Part shown: piece by piece, positions 22,482 through 32,118 of the stretch | How positions within the stretch are numbered: position 1 is the first letter of the stretch | Layout of the letters: each line of letters starts with the position of its first letter | IMG/VR virus record: IMGVR_UViG_3300009703_001822 | Reading direction: 5' to 3' (one strand) | Source of the DNA: a virus | Length of the DNA stretch: 64,000 nt | Translations under genes and position numbers: made by a program | The notes under the pieces: model-generated | Told to the model about the DNA's origin: nothing | The model's input: only the letters and a program-made list of their open reading frames with translations | The model's database searches: none

Positions 22482-22982
22482 ATGGCAAACGAAAAAGTCG
22501 TACTTGAAATTGATCCTAAAGATATAAGTACAGTCCCAGAAGAAATAAAGAAAAGAAACTTTGTTTACAAAGCTCCTTATTGGTCTAATAAGGAAGCCAA
22601 ACACATTATCGTTACACTAGAGTATGAAGACGGTAGAAAGTCTACAGCATCAATACAAGACAAAGATGGAACCAATCCAGACTACATAGCAATACTAGAA
22701 GAATTTGGAGAGGAAGTATTAGATAAAAATACTGAAGAAGGTGTAAAGCGCCGTGATGAACAAATCAAGAAAAGACTTCAACGAAAAGAAACAGAAGCAG
22801 TTAGAGCTAGACAGGAACAATTATTTGGCGCTAAATTACAAGCATTTGAAATAGGTGCAGTTAAAGAATCTAAGAATACAAATCTAAAACGACTTATCCG
22901 TAAAGCCAAATCTCCTATGGAAGTACAAGCATATACAACTATATTATTAATGGAGACAATGGATGAACACAAGGAATCCTGA
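22482..22982 (+). CDS. Hypothetical protein (possible fibre assembly chaperone)
   Basis: GGAG SD; charged helical C-terminus; directly follows the repeat fibre gene. Confidence 0.55.
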   Translation: MANEKVVLEIDPKDISTVPEEIKKRNFVYKAPYWSNKEAKHIIVTLEYEDGRKSTASIQDKDGTNPDYIAILEEFGEEVLDKNTEEGVKRRDEQIKKRLQRKETEAVRARQEQLFGAKLQAFEIGAVKESKNTNLKRLIRKAKSPMEVQAYTTILLMETMDEHKES

Positions 22983-23715
22983 AGATTTTCCTGAGAACGG
23001 TTTTGTAATTGTAGCATCCTTAAAGGAAAGATATTATCAAGCAGCTATAGAATGTGCTGAGTCAGTTAAACTCTTTTGGCCTGACGCACATATAACAGTA
23101 TATGTAGATCATGAAGAATGGATTAGACCTTCTGATTGGAATGTAGCAGATTGGATAGTACATTGGGAAGTACCTAAACACATTAGAGCAAAACTTTGGG
23201 CTTTAGGCAACACACCTTATAAAGGAATAACTTGTTATTTGGATGCTGATATGTATTGTCAGCATGAAGATGTAGAGTTTATATTTGATCAACTACCTGA
23301 CGATTTAGATTTATTGTTTACAAAAATTAGACCTTACAATGCTAAGGTAACTAAACTTACAAACACAGAAGAAATGACAGCACATTGTGGTATGTTCTTA
23401 TATAGAAATAATCCTCATACAATTAAACTTATGGAAGATTGGTATGGAGAGTATTGTAAACAAAATTTAAAAAATAAAAAAGGTGGTTGGGTACACGAAT
23501 TAGATGGTGATTATCCAGACGATGTAAGAAAGTGGGACACTTTTACAATGTGGCGATTACTTACATACGGAGATGGAAAAGTTAAGTGGGATGAAAACTT
23601 ACATATAAGATGGAATTTTATTAATGGACACATGGATGACGAACTTGAAGGTGAGGATATTGTTTTTTGGCATTACACTATCCCAGAACATGAAGTACAT
23701 TTAGGCAGAAAATAA
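22963..23715 (+). CDS. GT-A fold nucleotide-sugar glycosyltransferase
   Basis: GFVIVAS, SVK..WPDAHIT, AKLWAL.NTPY, YLDAD (DxD), RWNF, FWHY. Confidence 0.75.
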   Translation: MNTRNPEDFPENGFVIVASLKERYYQAAIECAESVKLFWPDAHITVYVDHEEWIRPSDWNVADWIVHWEVPKHIRAKLWALGNTPYKGITCYLDADMYCQHEDVEFIFDQLPDDLDLLFTKIRPYNAKVTKLTNTEEMTAHCGMFLYRNNPHTIKLMEDWYGEYCKQNLKNKKGGWVHELDGDYPDDVRKWDTFTMWRLLTYGDGKVKWDENLHIRWNFINGHMDDELEGEDIVFWHYTIPEHEVHLGRK

Positions 23716-24362
23716 TGAAATGGATCAACATATCAGATGAACTTCTAGAAATGTTAGATCCTTATGCCGAATGGTTTTTCCAACAAGACTTAAATTGGAT
23801 AAACGAAAAGGCAAACAAAAACGAAAAGAACACTAATACAATAGACCATGCTTGTGGAGATGATTATCTAAAAGAAATAGTAGATAAAGATGGAAGGCAT
23901 GAGGGATATCCTGAGATATCATATAGTTTTGATCTTAACCAGGGAGGAGTACCTGGTGAGTTTCAAGAGAAATACAATGAGCTAACTGATGAACTCCTGG
24001 CATTCTTAGGTGCCAGGAACCAAGCTGTTCATGTATATTATCCTAAGAATGGATTCATGGGTTGGCACAATAATTGGAATGCACATGGATACAATATATT
24101 ATTATCATATACGAAACATGGGGGTGGGTTCTTTAAGTATAGAGATCCTGCCACCCATGAAGTAGTAAAGATGTTAGATCCTGGTGGATGGTCTGGTAAA
24201 GTAGGATATTATGGCAGGGGCAGAGAACCCGATAAAGTCTACTATCATTGTGCTGGAACACACGAACCTAGGCTCACATTAGGGTTTGTTATCCCTAATA
24301 TCGACATGTGGCGGTCCATGATTGAGGAAATATCTGGAGAAGATGCCTCACATTTCTCCTAA
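23715..24362 (+). CDS. 2OG-Fe(II) oxygenase / cupin-like protein
   Basis: YYPKNGFMGWHNN, distal YYHCAG and RLTLGF double-stranded beta-helix pattern. Confidence 0.6.
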   Translation: MKWINISDELLEMLDPYAEWFFQQDLNWINEKANKNEKNTNTIDHACGDDYLKEIVDKDGRHEGYPEISYSFDLNQGGVPGEFQEKYNELTDELLAFLGARNQAVHVYYPKNGFMGWHNNWNAHGYNILLSYTKHGGGFFKYRDPATHEVVKMLDPGGWSGKVGYYGRGREPDKVYYHCAGTHEPRLTLGFVIPNIDMWRSMIEEISGEDASHFS

Positions 24363-24411
24363 ACCCTTGTTCTTACAGTAAAAAAGATTTCAAAAAAACC
24401 CTATAAATCGC

Positions 24412-24440
24412 TTGACTTATGGTCCGTAAGAGTGCATAAT
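24412..24440 (+). promoter_or_regulatory. Sigma70-type early promoter
   Basis: TTGACT-17 nt-CATAAT with upstream A-tracts. Confidence 0.75.
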
Positions 24441-24473
24441 GTACGCATAAACAATAAAAAGTGAGGACTTAAT

Positions 24474-24890
24474 ATGTATTTAGATAACGAAGTAACAATA
24501 GCAGGTGAAACAGTTCGTAAGGAACGATTTGGAATGGCCAGCATCCACAATGAGAACAAGACTTTTACAGGCGATGTACTGTATAAAGATCAAGTTCGTA
24601 ATTCATACGACAATTCAATTGAAACCAAATTCCAAGACACAGCTCAAGTAGATGGTCTTACAGTTTGGAAATCAAATGGTGAGGTTCCATTCGCAGACAT
24701 GCTATTAGACTTTGTACAAATTGGTGCAATTACTTTAGAACAAGCAGAGTTCTCACTAATACAAAAACAAAAAGATCAAAGCGCAAGTCTTGATACTTTG
24801 TTTAGAGCAGACGACGGCAACATTTACTTAGGTGAAGGTGCCCTAGACTACCGTGAAGAAAGACTAGCAAAACTAGCGGAGGTGGCGTAA
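24474..24890 (+). CDS. Hypothetical early protein
   Basis: GAGG SD, first gene after the early promoter; stop overlaps the ligase start. Confidence 0.7.
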   Translation: MYLDNEVTIAGETVRKERFGMASIHNENKTFTGDVLYKDQVRNSYDNSIETKFQDTAQVDGLTVWKSNGEVPFADMLLDFVQIGAITLEQAEFSLIQKQKDQSASLDTLFRADDGNIYLGEGALDYREERLAKLAEVA

Positions 24891-25993
24891 TGATATTTCC
24901 TTTACCAACACTCTACAAAAGAGACACGAACGGAAACATTCGTGAACTAACAGTTGAATATTCTAATGGCGTAGTAAATGCTACTAGAACTATTGCTGGT
25001 ATAAAAGACGGCAACCTAGTTACAAGTGGTTGGAAAGATGCTATAGGCAAGAACACAGGCAAAGCAAATGCTACTACAGATGCTGAACAAGCACAAAAAG
25101 AAGCACAAGCAATGTGGGATAAGAAAGTAGAAAAAGAATACTTTGAAGATATCTCTAAGGTTGATACTTACGATAAGTTCAAGCCACAACTAGCACATGA
25201 CTACACAAAAAGACCACAGTCAGATGGTTTCAGTCAACCTAAGTTAGATGGTATTAGATGTATTGCAAGAAAAGATGGTTTGTTTACAAGAGCAGGAAAA
25301 GAAATTACAACATGCGATCATATCTTTACAGCACTATATTCATTCTTTGATCAGAATCCTAATGTTATATTAGATGGTGAACTTTATAATCACGAACTAA
25401 AAGAAGACTTCAACAAGATTACAAGTCTTGTTAGGAAAGTAAAACCTACACAAGAAGAACAGGAAGAATGTTTTAAACTTGTTGAGTATCATGTATATGA
25501 TATGGTTTGGACTGATGGTGTTGAGCCTTACTTTAAAACTAGAATGGATTTTATAGAAGCACAAAACTTTGAACTTCCAATAGTTACTGTTGAAACTAAG
25601 ATGTGTGATACACAAGAAGAACTAGACGAACTGTATTCACAATACACAGAAGATGGTTACGAAGGACAGATGGTTCGTAACAATACAGTCTACGAAAACA
25701 AAAGAAGTAAGAACTTACTTAAAAGAAAAGAGTTCATTACAGAAGAGTTTGATGTTATAGAAGTATTAGAAGGCTCTGGTAATTGGGCAGGATATGCTAA
25801 ACACTTTGTTCTTACAGACGGAACAGAAACATTTAAGAGTGGTGTTAGAGGTAATCAAGCAACACTTAAAGCTCTACTAGAACAGGAGGAGAAACCTACT
25901 TGGGTTACATGTAGATTCTTTGAAAGATCAATTGACAATATACCTAGATTCCCGGTTGTAATTGACTGGGGTGTAGGTAGTAGGGAGGACTAG
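24890..25993 (+). CDS. g30: ATP-dependent DNA ligase
   Basis: QPKLDGIRC (motif I), LDGELY, YHVYD, GYEGQMVR, LLKRK, PRFP. Confidence 0.92.
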   Translation: MIFPLPTLYKRDTNGNIRELTVEYSNGVVNATRTIAGIKDGNLVTSGWKDAIGKNTGKANATTDAEQAQKEAQAMWDKKVEKEYFEDISKVDTYDKFKPQLAHDYTKRPQSDGFSQPKLDGIRCIARKDGLFTRAGKEITTCDHIFTALYSFFDQNPNVILDGELYNHELKEDFNKITSLVRKVKPTQEEQEECFKLVEYHVYDMVWTDGVEPYFKTRMDFIEAQNFELPIVTVETKMCDTQEELDELYSQYTEDGYEGQMVRNNTVYENKRSKNLLKRKEFITEEFDVIEVLEGSGNWAGYAKHFVLTDGTETFKSGVRGNQATLKALLEQEEKPTWVTCRFFERSIDNIPRFPVVIDWGVGSRED

Positions 25994-26151
25994 TGTTAGA
26001 ACTAATAGGACTTATAGCCTTAATATGGGTTGCACTCAAATTTCTGCCAAACTTTTTAATGTTTGTGCTTAAATTACTGGTTGCATTAGTAATATTATAT
26101 TTAATTTTATACATATTTGCTGGCTTTATACAGTGGCATTTAATCATATGA
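25993..26151 (+). CDS. 52-aa hydrophobic membrane protein (not in ORF track)
   Basis: GTG after GGGAGG; MLELIGLIALIWVALKFLPNFLMFVLKLLVALVILYLILYIFAGFIQWHLII; overlaps both neighbours (TAGTG, ATGA). Confidence 0.7.
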   Translation: MLELIGLIALIWVALKFLPNFLMFVLKLLVALVILYLILYIFAGFIQWHLII

Positions 26152-26666
26152 TAAAATATTATGATGGTGTCTTTACATCTAAACAATGTAAAGATTTAAT
26201 TAAAATGTATGATAAAAACAAAGAGGCTCATCAAGAAATTAATACGCCTCTTATGAAGTTTAATCAATATAACTTTACATCTAATGAAATGACAACGCCC
26301 TTACACCAGGAAATGGTAGAAGGGTTTATGTCATTAGGTCGTAAATATTTTTCTGATGTAGAAGCAAGAATACTTCCTAATATAGGTGGCTTTGAGGAAT
26401 TTAGAATTAAAAAATATGTTGAAGGAGGAGACTTCAAAGAACATATTGATGTAATGAACTATGCTAGTTCAAGAAGATTTGTAGGGTTTTTGCTTTACTT
26501 AAATGATTGTGATGGTGTTACAACATTTTCTAATCATGATGTAACTATAGAACCTAAGACAGGTCGTGTATTAGTTTTTCCACCTACTTGGGAATATCCT
26601 CACACAGGACACAAATCATCTACAGACAAATATATAATGTCTACTTACTTGCACTTAGCAGACTAA
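26148..26666 (+). CDS. 2OG-Fe(II) oxygenase, prolyl-4-hydroxylase-like
   Basis: FKEHID (HxD), LLYLND, LVFPPTW.YPHTG, KYIMSTY; start re-called at ATG 26148. Confidence 0.85.
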   Translation: MIKYYDGVFTSKQCKDLIKMYDKNKEAHQEINTPLMKFNQYNFTSNEMTTPLHQEMVEGFMSLGRKYFSDVEARILPNIGGFEEFRIKKYVEGGDFKEHIDVMNYASSRRFVGFLLYLNDCDGVTTFSNHDVTIEPKTGRVLVFPPTWEYPHTGHKSSTDKYIMSTYLHLAD

Positions 26667-26929
26667 TCCCATTCAGAAAATTTAAGTCTAACAAGAGCTT
26701 TTCTTACAATAGCAATACCTGTTAATCCTATAAAATTAATAAACGCAGCCATCTCAGATGAGGTGCCTGCGTAGTCAATGCAAGACTTAATAATGAATAC
26801 ACTTAAAGGGAACATAATGATTGCTCCTATTGCTGTATCTACTGTTGCTTCGTGTAACGCTTTTCGTAATTTGTTACTTTGTACCAATCGCCATAAACCT
26901 TTCATAATATACTTTGCCATTCCAATCAT
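26663..26929 (-). CDS. Small membrane protein
   Basis: Two hydrophobic segments; last gene of the minus-strand operon; true start probably near 26885. Confidence 0.55.
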   Translation of the reverse strand: MIGMAKYIMKGLWRLVQSNKLRKALHEATVDTAIGAIIMFPLSVFIIKSCIDYAGTSSEMAAFINFIGLTGIAIVRKALVRLKFSEWD

Positions 26930-27542
26930 AATAGAATTGCTTAGTTTTACCGCTGTAGGATGTATCCTTTAAACCAGCATTTTCAATTAACGCTTTCTCA
27001 CTATCAACACAATTGATGCCATACATCTCTTCTATGACATTCGAATTCTGTACAGCAAATATAGCGTGTTTGTTTGCTGTTTTTAAATCCTTCAATGGAT
27101 ACATTTGCTCAGCTCCCATTGTAATAACTACATCAACCTTTAATTGATTTAACTCATCAAATGCGAACGGAATATCCATGTTCCAGTGATTTATTTTTAT
27201 GTATTCTTCTGCTATATAATGCTTATTAAACACCTTAGAGAGCTCTAAAGCTTCTTTATCGATGTCAACTAGGTGCATTTCTCCTACGGATAAGTTCTCA
27301 CATAAGAGAGGAACTAAAGGAACTCCTAACCAGCTGTTTAAGATAAGAATGTTGAATTGCTCATCTTTCATATAGTCATCTAGACTATTCTTTAGTTCTT
27401 CAACTAGCCATATAGCAGCTTCCATTGTATTAGGATTCAATGCTTGTCTAAAGTCATCATGTTTATGTTTCATTTCATGCTCTACTTTAGCAAGAGCATT
27501 GCCCCAATGTTGTAAGTTATTTAAAAAATTAAAATTTAACAT
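26874..27542 (-). CDS. Class I SAM-methyltransferase-fold protein, degenerate glycine motif
   Basis: ILILNSWLG (motif I-like), HLVDIDKEA, DVVIT..AEQM, YERFMAIG; start re-called at ATG 27542. Confidence 0.55.
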   Translation of the reverse strand: MLNFNFLNNLQHWGNALAKVEHEMKHKHDDFRQALNPNTMEAAIWLVEELKNSLDDYMKDEQFNILILNSWLGVPLVPLLCENLSVGEMHLVDIDKEALELSKVFNKHYIAEEYIKINHWNMDIPFAFDELNQLKVDVVITMGAEQMYPLKDLKTANKHAIFAVQNSNVIEEMYGINCVDSEKALIENAGLKDTSYSGKTKQFYYDWNGKVYYERFMAIGTK

Positions 27543-28203
27543 CTTCTTTTCTTCCCATTGAATCAAATAAACAGACATATGGTATTTGTCTGAATACATG
27601 TTTTTCTATATCATGTGGATATATATAGCCTTGGTTATAACTATAAAACCACCCTAACGGAAAATATTTAATTCTTGCTACACCCTTGTGCATAAAGAAA
27701 TTATCTATTCCACGATAGTACCATAATATTTTTTCTTTGTGTGCTTTAAAATAAAGAGATATATTCTCTTTATCTAAGTTATCATTCCATCTTAATATAC
27801 TAGAATTCAAATCTGTATATCTGTGAGGAACATGTTCTGTTTCTTTTTGTTGTGTTTCTAAATCATGCCAATGTGTCTGTCCAAAACATAGACAATCTTC
27901 AGGATCAAAGTTGGCTATATCATCTATATTCTTTTGTATAATAATATCTAAATCAAAGAAAAGATTATCACCTTTTTGTCTTACGACATTATCATCGAAT
28001 AGATACATTTTGTTCCACCACTTTTCTAATTTGTTTCCATTAGGAAAAGGTATAACTTTTATATCTTTATCTAGTCCTTTAGGCTTTTCAGTTAAACAAT
28101 AGAAAGTGAAGTCTTGAGATATGAACTCTTTACAAGATTCGTATATCTTATTCACATGTTTGGCAGAATATTTACTGCCCCATTTAACTGTATATATGTT
28201 CAT
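27529..28203 (-). CDS. Glycosyltransferase-like protein (KWG.KY family)
   Basis: TVKWGSKYSAKHVN, FYCLTE, WWNKMYLF, FFDLDIII, NSSILRW. Confidence 0.72.
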   Translation of the reverse strand: MNIYTVKWGSKYSAKHVNKIYESCKEFISQDFTFYCLTEKPKGLDKDIKVIPFPNGNKLEKWWNKMYLFDDNVVRQKGDNLFFDLDIIIQKNIDDIANFDPEDCLCFGQTHWHDLETQQKETEHVPHRYTDLNSSILRWNDNLDKENISLYFKAHKEKILWYYRGIDNFFMHKGVARIKYFPLGWFYSYNQGYIYPHDIEKHVFRQIPYVCLFDSMGRKEDVKF

Positions 28204-29015
28204 TGCCAATGTTTTAATAAATCCGGGTCCACCAATTCATTTTGTTTAACACTACCTCTACCTTTAAGCATAGGTGTAGGTAATAGATCAATATTAAATA
28301 CACAAAGGATTGGTGTGTCCCTGTATATTTCTGTTTCTAAGTCGTCGTCTTGCCAACTACGACCTCGGTTATATGAGTAGGCATAGTCTGCTGGGAAATG
28401 ATCCCATAATTTTTTGCCCCAATCTCCCCATCGCCATGAATGATAATTGTCTGTTCCGTCTGTATAAGTAAACCATATTTTTTCTTTGTTTGCTAATACA
28501 TCTTCCCATATACATTCACATTGATCGTCGGACCAAACTTGGCAACTGCCATTAGTATATGCTCCGTGAGATAATTTAAATCTCCGCGTCTTCATTGGGC
28601 GCGGGTCTTGCCACCAACTTCTTAGCTTTGTCGGTCTTTCCATATTATAGGTTAAAATAGGCTCTATATTATTTTGGATTATTACATCCAAATCAAAGAA
28701 GACGAAGCGGCCCGTTGGGTTATCTGGTGCGAAATTGTGAGTATTGAAGACCATTGTTTTAGGTCTGTCCCAGCATCTAGCCATGCCATACTTAAAGTCA
28801 TCAGAGCCGAACCAATACCTAGGATGTATGGTATCGATATCTGGAAATGGTATAACCTTAATATCGTTATCCAATCCCTCAGCGTCATCAGTATAACAGT
28901 AAAAATGGAAATCGTGCTTATCATCTGTATGCCTCCTTGCCATGTTCTTTAGTTTATTTACAAAATGAGGACCATATCTGGTTCCCCATTTTGAACATAC
29001 TATATTTACTCTCAT
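28200..29015 (-). CDS. Glycosyltransferase-like protein (KWG.KY family)
   Basis: CSKWGTRYGPHFVN, FYCYTDD, FFDLDVII, NGSCQVW. Confidence 0.72.
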   Translation of the reverse strand: MRVNIVCSKWGTRYGPHFVNKLKNMARRHTDDKHDFHFYCYTDDAEGLDNDIKVIPFPDIDTIHPRYWFGSDDFKYGMARCWDRPKTMVFNTHNFAPDNPTGRFVFFDLDVIIQNNIEPILTYNMERPTKLRSWWQDPRPMKTRRFKLSHGAYTNGSCQVWSDDQCECIWEDVLANKEKIWFTYTDGTDNYHSWRWGDWGKKLWDHFPADYAYSYNRGRSWQDDDLETEIYRDTPILCVFNIDLLPTPMLKGRGSVKQNELVDPDLLKHWQ

Positions 29016-29695
29016 ATTTCCTTGCCTTTAAATTCTTTTGCTAGCGGAAATACATTACTTATAACTTTGGCAACTTCATTTGCTATAGCTATATGTTCTT
29101 TTTGGGTTCCGTTAGCACCTCTTAATTCTATGTAATGAATCCAACTTCTTAAGGTTCCATTTACATACATTCTGCTCATAGTGTTGCCCTCGGGCAACAC
29201 GGCTCTTGCCTGTTCTTTGGCAATGCCATTTTCTATTGCCCAACAATATGCCTGTCTAGCATAACGAATAATATCTTTTTGATACTCGTCCCATTGTTTG
29301 GCAATTTGAAAACTTTCTATATCAGTACCTATCTCGATACTATTTTGTCTGTTCTTTTCATCTTGTAGTCTAGCCTCTCTTGTTACAAACTCTAAATCCT
29401 TTGTTGGGTCTGCATATCGTTGACTAAACTCTTGAAAGCTAAAACTCCTGTGTCTAAGAATTTGCCTACCGATGTCTCTAGTAGTTTCTATTTCTAAACA
29501 TACACTAACCATTTCTAATGGCGACCAGTGTTTGTGTTTCATTAGATACTTAATAAGTTTCTCGCTTGTTTCCTTGTTGTTTTGGTTATCAGGATTACTA
29601 ACCCTCGCACAATATGCAACAAGTTCTGTTGCGCTTGTGGACATTAATAATTCTTTACCATCTGTTTGACTGTGGCTGATTAACTTAACCTGCAT
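29012..29695 (-). CDS. thyX: Flavin-dependent thymidylate synthase
   Basis: AYCARVS, HWSPLE, RHRSFSFQEFSQRY, EQARAVLP, RSWIHY..LR, TQKEH. Confidence 0.95.
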   Translation of the reverse strand: MQVKLISHSQTDGKELLMSTSATELVAYCARVSNPDNQNNKETSEKLIKYLMKHKHWSPLEMVSVCLEIETTRDIGRQILRHRSFSFQEFSQRYADPTKDLEFVTREARLQDEKNRQNSIEIGTDIESFQIAKQWDEYQKDIIRYARQAYCWAIENGIAKEQARAVLPEGNTMSRMYVNGTLRSWIHYIELRGANGTQKEHIAIANEVAKVISNVFPLAKEFKGKEI

Positions 29696-29895
29696 ATGAC
29701 ATAGTCCTTACCGTATTGTTGTTTGTGTTTAGCAAGTTCATCCGTAACTTGCACCGTTTTATATTCAAAGTCTGTAATATCAGCTTTTACAATAAGCACA
29801 GCAAAATCAGACTCTTCAACTATTGGTATATAGTTATCGTAGTCTTCAAATGTGCCTTCTAATATTACTGACTTCTTGTTTGTTACTTTTAACAT
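29680..29895 (-). CDS. Hypothetical protein
   Basis: Fills the operon with short overlaps on both sides. Confidence 0.55.
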   Translation of the reverse strand: MLKVTNKKSVILEGTFEDYDNYIPIVEESDFAVLIVKADITDFEYKTVQVTDELAKHKQQYGKDYVICRLS

Positions 29896-31376
29896 TTTCC
29901 ACCTTGTTCATTATGTATTACTGCTGGATTTAACTTTAATAAATTATTAAAGTATCCTTTATAGAAGTCATTTGTAAAAATTTCTTCCAATGTGTGTTCT
30001 TTTATATTGTTCTTATCCCAACTATATAATAACTCTGTCTTATGTTCAGGAGAGTTATCTGCTGTAATTAGATTAAGAGCCACATGCTTACAAGGGAACA
30101 CATTACCTGTTGCGCTTAGATAAAATTTGTTTTCAACTTTGCCTTCGCACTTTACATGTGGAGAAAAATTTATTGTTCTCTCTTTATATATGTCATCTTT
30201 TTTTCGTGTCTGTAGAGTCTCTAGTTCTATAAGTTTATAGTCAGGCATATCCTGCTGTTCGTTTTTCTCAATAATTTTTTCTTCTTTAGGGACATTGTTT
30301 TCATATATAAATCCTGAGAACTTGTATTGTTTACATAGTTTCTTTGCTTGTTGTATATCATTGTCTAGTTGATTGGTATGTATATAACTCCAAAACACTC
30401 TACACCCTACATTGATTAGAGCTTTAGCATTATCTAATATTCTTTTATCAGGATTTCCTGTGTTTATATTAAAGGTTATATTGCCTGTATCTGCAAACAT
30501 AACACCTATATTTTTCCACCATAATATATCGTGGTCCTTTCCTTCGGTTACCATATCAACACCTATGCCCCAATCGGACATAAAATAATGAGATATATCC
30601 ATTAGTTCAGGATATAAAATAGGGTCTCCCTTATCATTAATAAATTTAATTCTTTTTAATTTAGCCTTAAGTAGGAAGTCTGAATTAAATCTATCTTTTA
30701 TTAATTCGTAATCTAAGAACTTTCCCTCACCATTTAAACACATTTCTACTCTTTCAGGTAAGTAAGGATACAAGTCTGTTTCCTTGTTATACATTAAGTC
30801 TATTTGTTCTTCTGTAAAATCATCATACCAAAATGGTAATGCTATTATATTACCTTCTAATTTTTCTGGATATGTTGCAGTAGTGTCTTGCAAGAAAGGT
30901 AGTTCGCCATCTTCTATAAAAAATTTATTATGGAAAGCATCATATTCATATAATAAATCATCTTCATTCTCTTCCCATTCTTCTAGAATTTTTTCCACTT
31001 TATTGTTTCGGAAAATAAAATATGCTAGGTTACCATCCTCTAGTCGAATACGCTTGTTGGTCTTATAAGTCTCTATGTCCCCTATATTGTTAATAATAGT
31101 ATTAGGAGTAATAAACAAAGAGCTACTCTTAGGCTTTGTGTATCTCATTATATCTATTTCTAACCAATCTAATCCATACTTAGGAACATGAAACTCTATA
31201 CCTTCAATATAGCCGTCCATCTTTTTCGTTGACATAAGTAAATCCATTTCATCATCTTGTACAAAGACAACGAAGTCAAAAGGATCTTCTATCAGCTTCT
31301 TGCACTGCGTATATAAAGCGTTTATTTGTACCTGACTATAATTATTATCTAGCTGATTTGCTATAATTGTTACCAT
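29889..31376 (-). CDS. Fusion of degenerate glycosyltransferase-like and degenerate radical-SAM/SPASM-like domains
   Basis: N-terminus aligns by eye to the KWG GTs (YSQVQINALY..CKK..EDPFDFVVF); C-terminus GDP..YP, WWK, RILDNAKALI, C..YLSATGNVFPC. Confidence 0.5.
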   Translation of the reverse strand: MVTIIANQLDNNYSQVQINALYTQCKKLIEDPFDFVVFVQDDEMDLLMSTKKMDGYIEGIEFHVPKYGLDWLEIDIMRYTKPKSSSLFITPNTIINNIGDIETYKTNKRIRLEDGNLAYFIFRNNKVEKILEEWEENEDDLLYEYDAFHNKFFIEDGELPFLQDTTATYPEKLEGNIIALPFWYDDFTEEQIDLMYNKETDLYPYLPERVEMCLNGEGKFLDYELIKDRFNSDFLLKAKLKRIKFINDKGDPILYPELMDISHYFMSDWGIGVDMVTEGKDHDILWWKNIGVMFADTGNITFNINTGNPDKRILDNAKALINVGCRVFWSYIHTNQLDNDIQQAKKLCKQYKFSGFIYENNVPKEEKIIEKNEQQDMPDYKLIELETLQTRKKDDIYKERTINFSPHVKCEGKVENKFYLSATGNVFPCKHVALNLITADNSPEHKTELLYSWDKNNIKEHTLEEIFTNDFYKGYFNNLLKLNPAVIHNEQGGKC

Positions 31377-32118
31377 GCCAAATTCTCAAAAGTGTTTCAT
31401 TTTCTAATTCATCTATTTTTATTTGTTTCTTACTAGGATTAGAATCCACATTGAACAAACAAAACTTAGGTTCTTCTCTATATTTATGTGCCTCTAAATC
31501 CGTCGGATGTGTCATACCTCTATTCCAACTGTATATCCATTCAAAAGGAATGTTATTCCAAAAATCTCTCTGACGCCAGAAGTGATAGTTATCTGTACCC
31601 TTAAAGAATGTTCTAAATATTTGTTGCTCTTCATCTAATGCGTCCCAGAATATATGTTCACATTGATCTTTATTCCAACACATTACACTAGAGTTATATA
31701 ATGTACCTCTAATCTCTATAAACAATCTTTCATGTATTCTTTTATTCCAATTATCCCATTTAACATGAATTATTCTAGGTTTAAGAGCTAACTCATCTAA
31801 GTCTGTTATATCATTTTGTATAATTACATCTAAGTCTAAGTAACACCATTTACCGTCATATTGTAAAAAGTTATGAGAGTTGAATACCAAAAACTTAGAT
31901 CTATCCCAACAATAGTTTTCTTTTCCAAACCAATATTTAGGATGTAAAGGTTCTATATCAGGTATATCACGAGTATCACATTCTAATCCTTTATTGTCAT
32001 CTGTAAAACATGTAAAGGTAAAGTCTTTTTTGTAATACTCCTGTACCATACGATACAGATTGTTTACATAATGTGGTTCGTATTTAGTGCCCCACTTGAT
32101 GCATACAAAGTTCATCAT
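31345..32118 (-). CDS. Glycosyltransferase-like protein (KWG.KY family)
   Basis: CIKWGTKYEPHYVNNLYRMV, FTCFTDD, YLDLDVII, YNSSVMCW. Confidence 0.75.
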   Translation of the reverse strand: MMNFVCIKWGTKYEPHYVNNLYRMVQEYYKKDFTFTCFTDDNKGLECDTRDIPDIEPLHPKYWFGKENYCWDRSKFLVFNSHNFLQYDGKWCYLDLDVIIQNDITDLDELALKPRIIHVKWDNWNKRIHERLFIEIRGTLYNSSVMCWNKDQCEHIFWDALDEEQQIFRTFFKGTDNYHFWRQRDFWNNIPFEWIYSWNRGMTHPTDLEAHKYREEPKFCLFNVDSNPSKKQIKIDELENETLLRIWHGNNYSKSAR

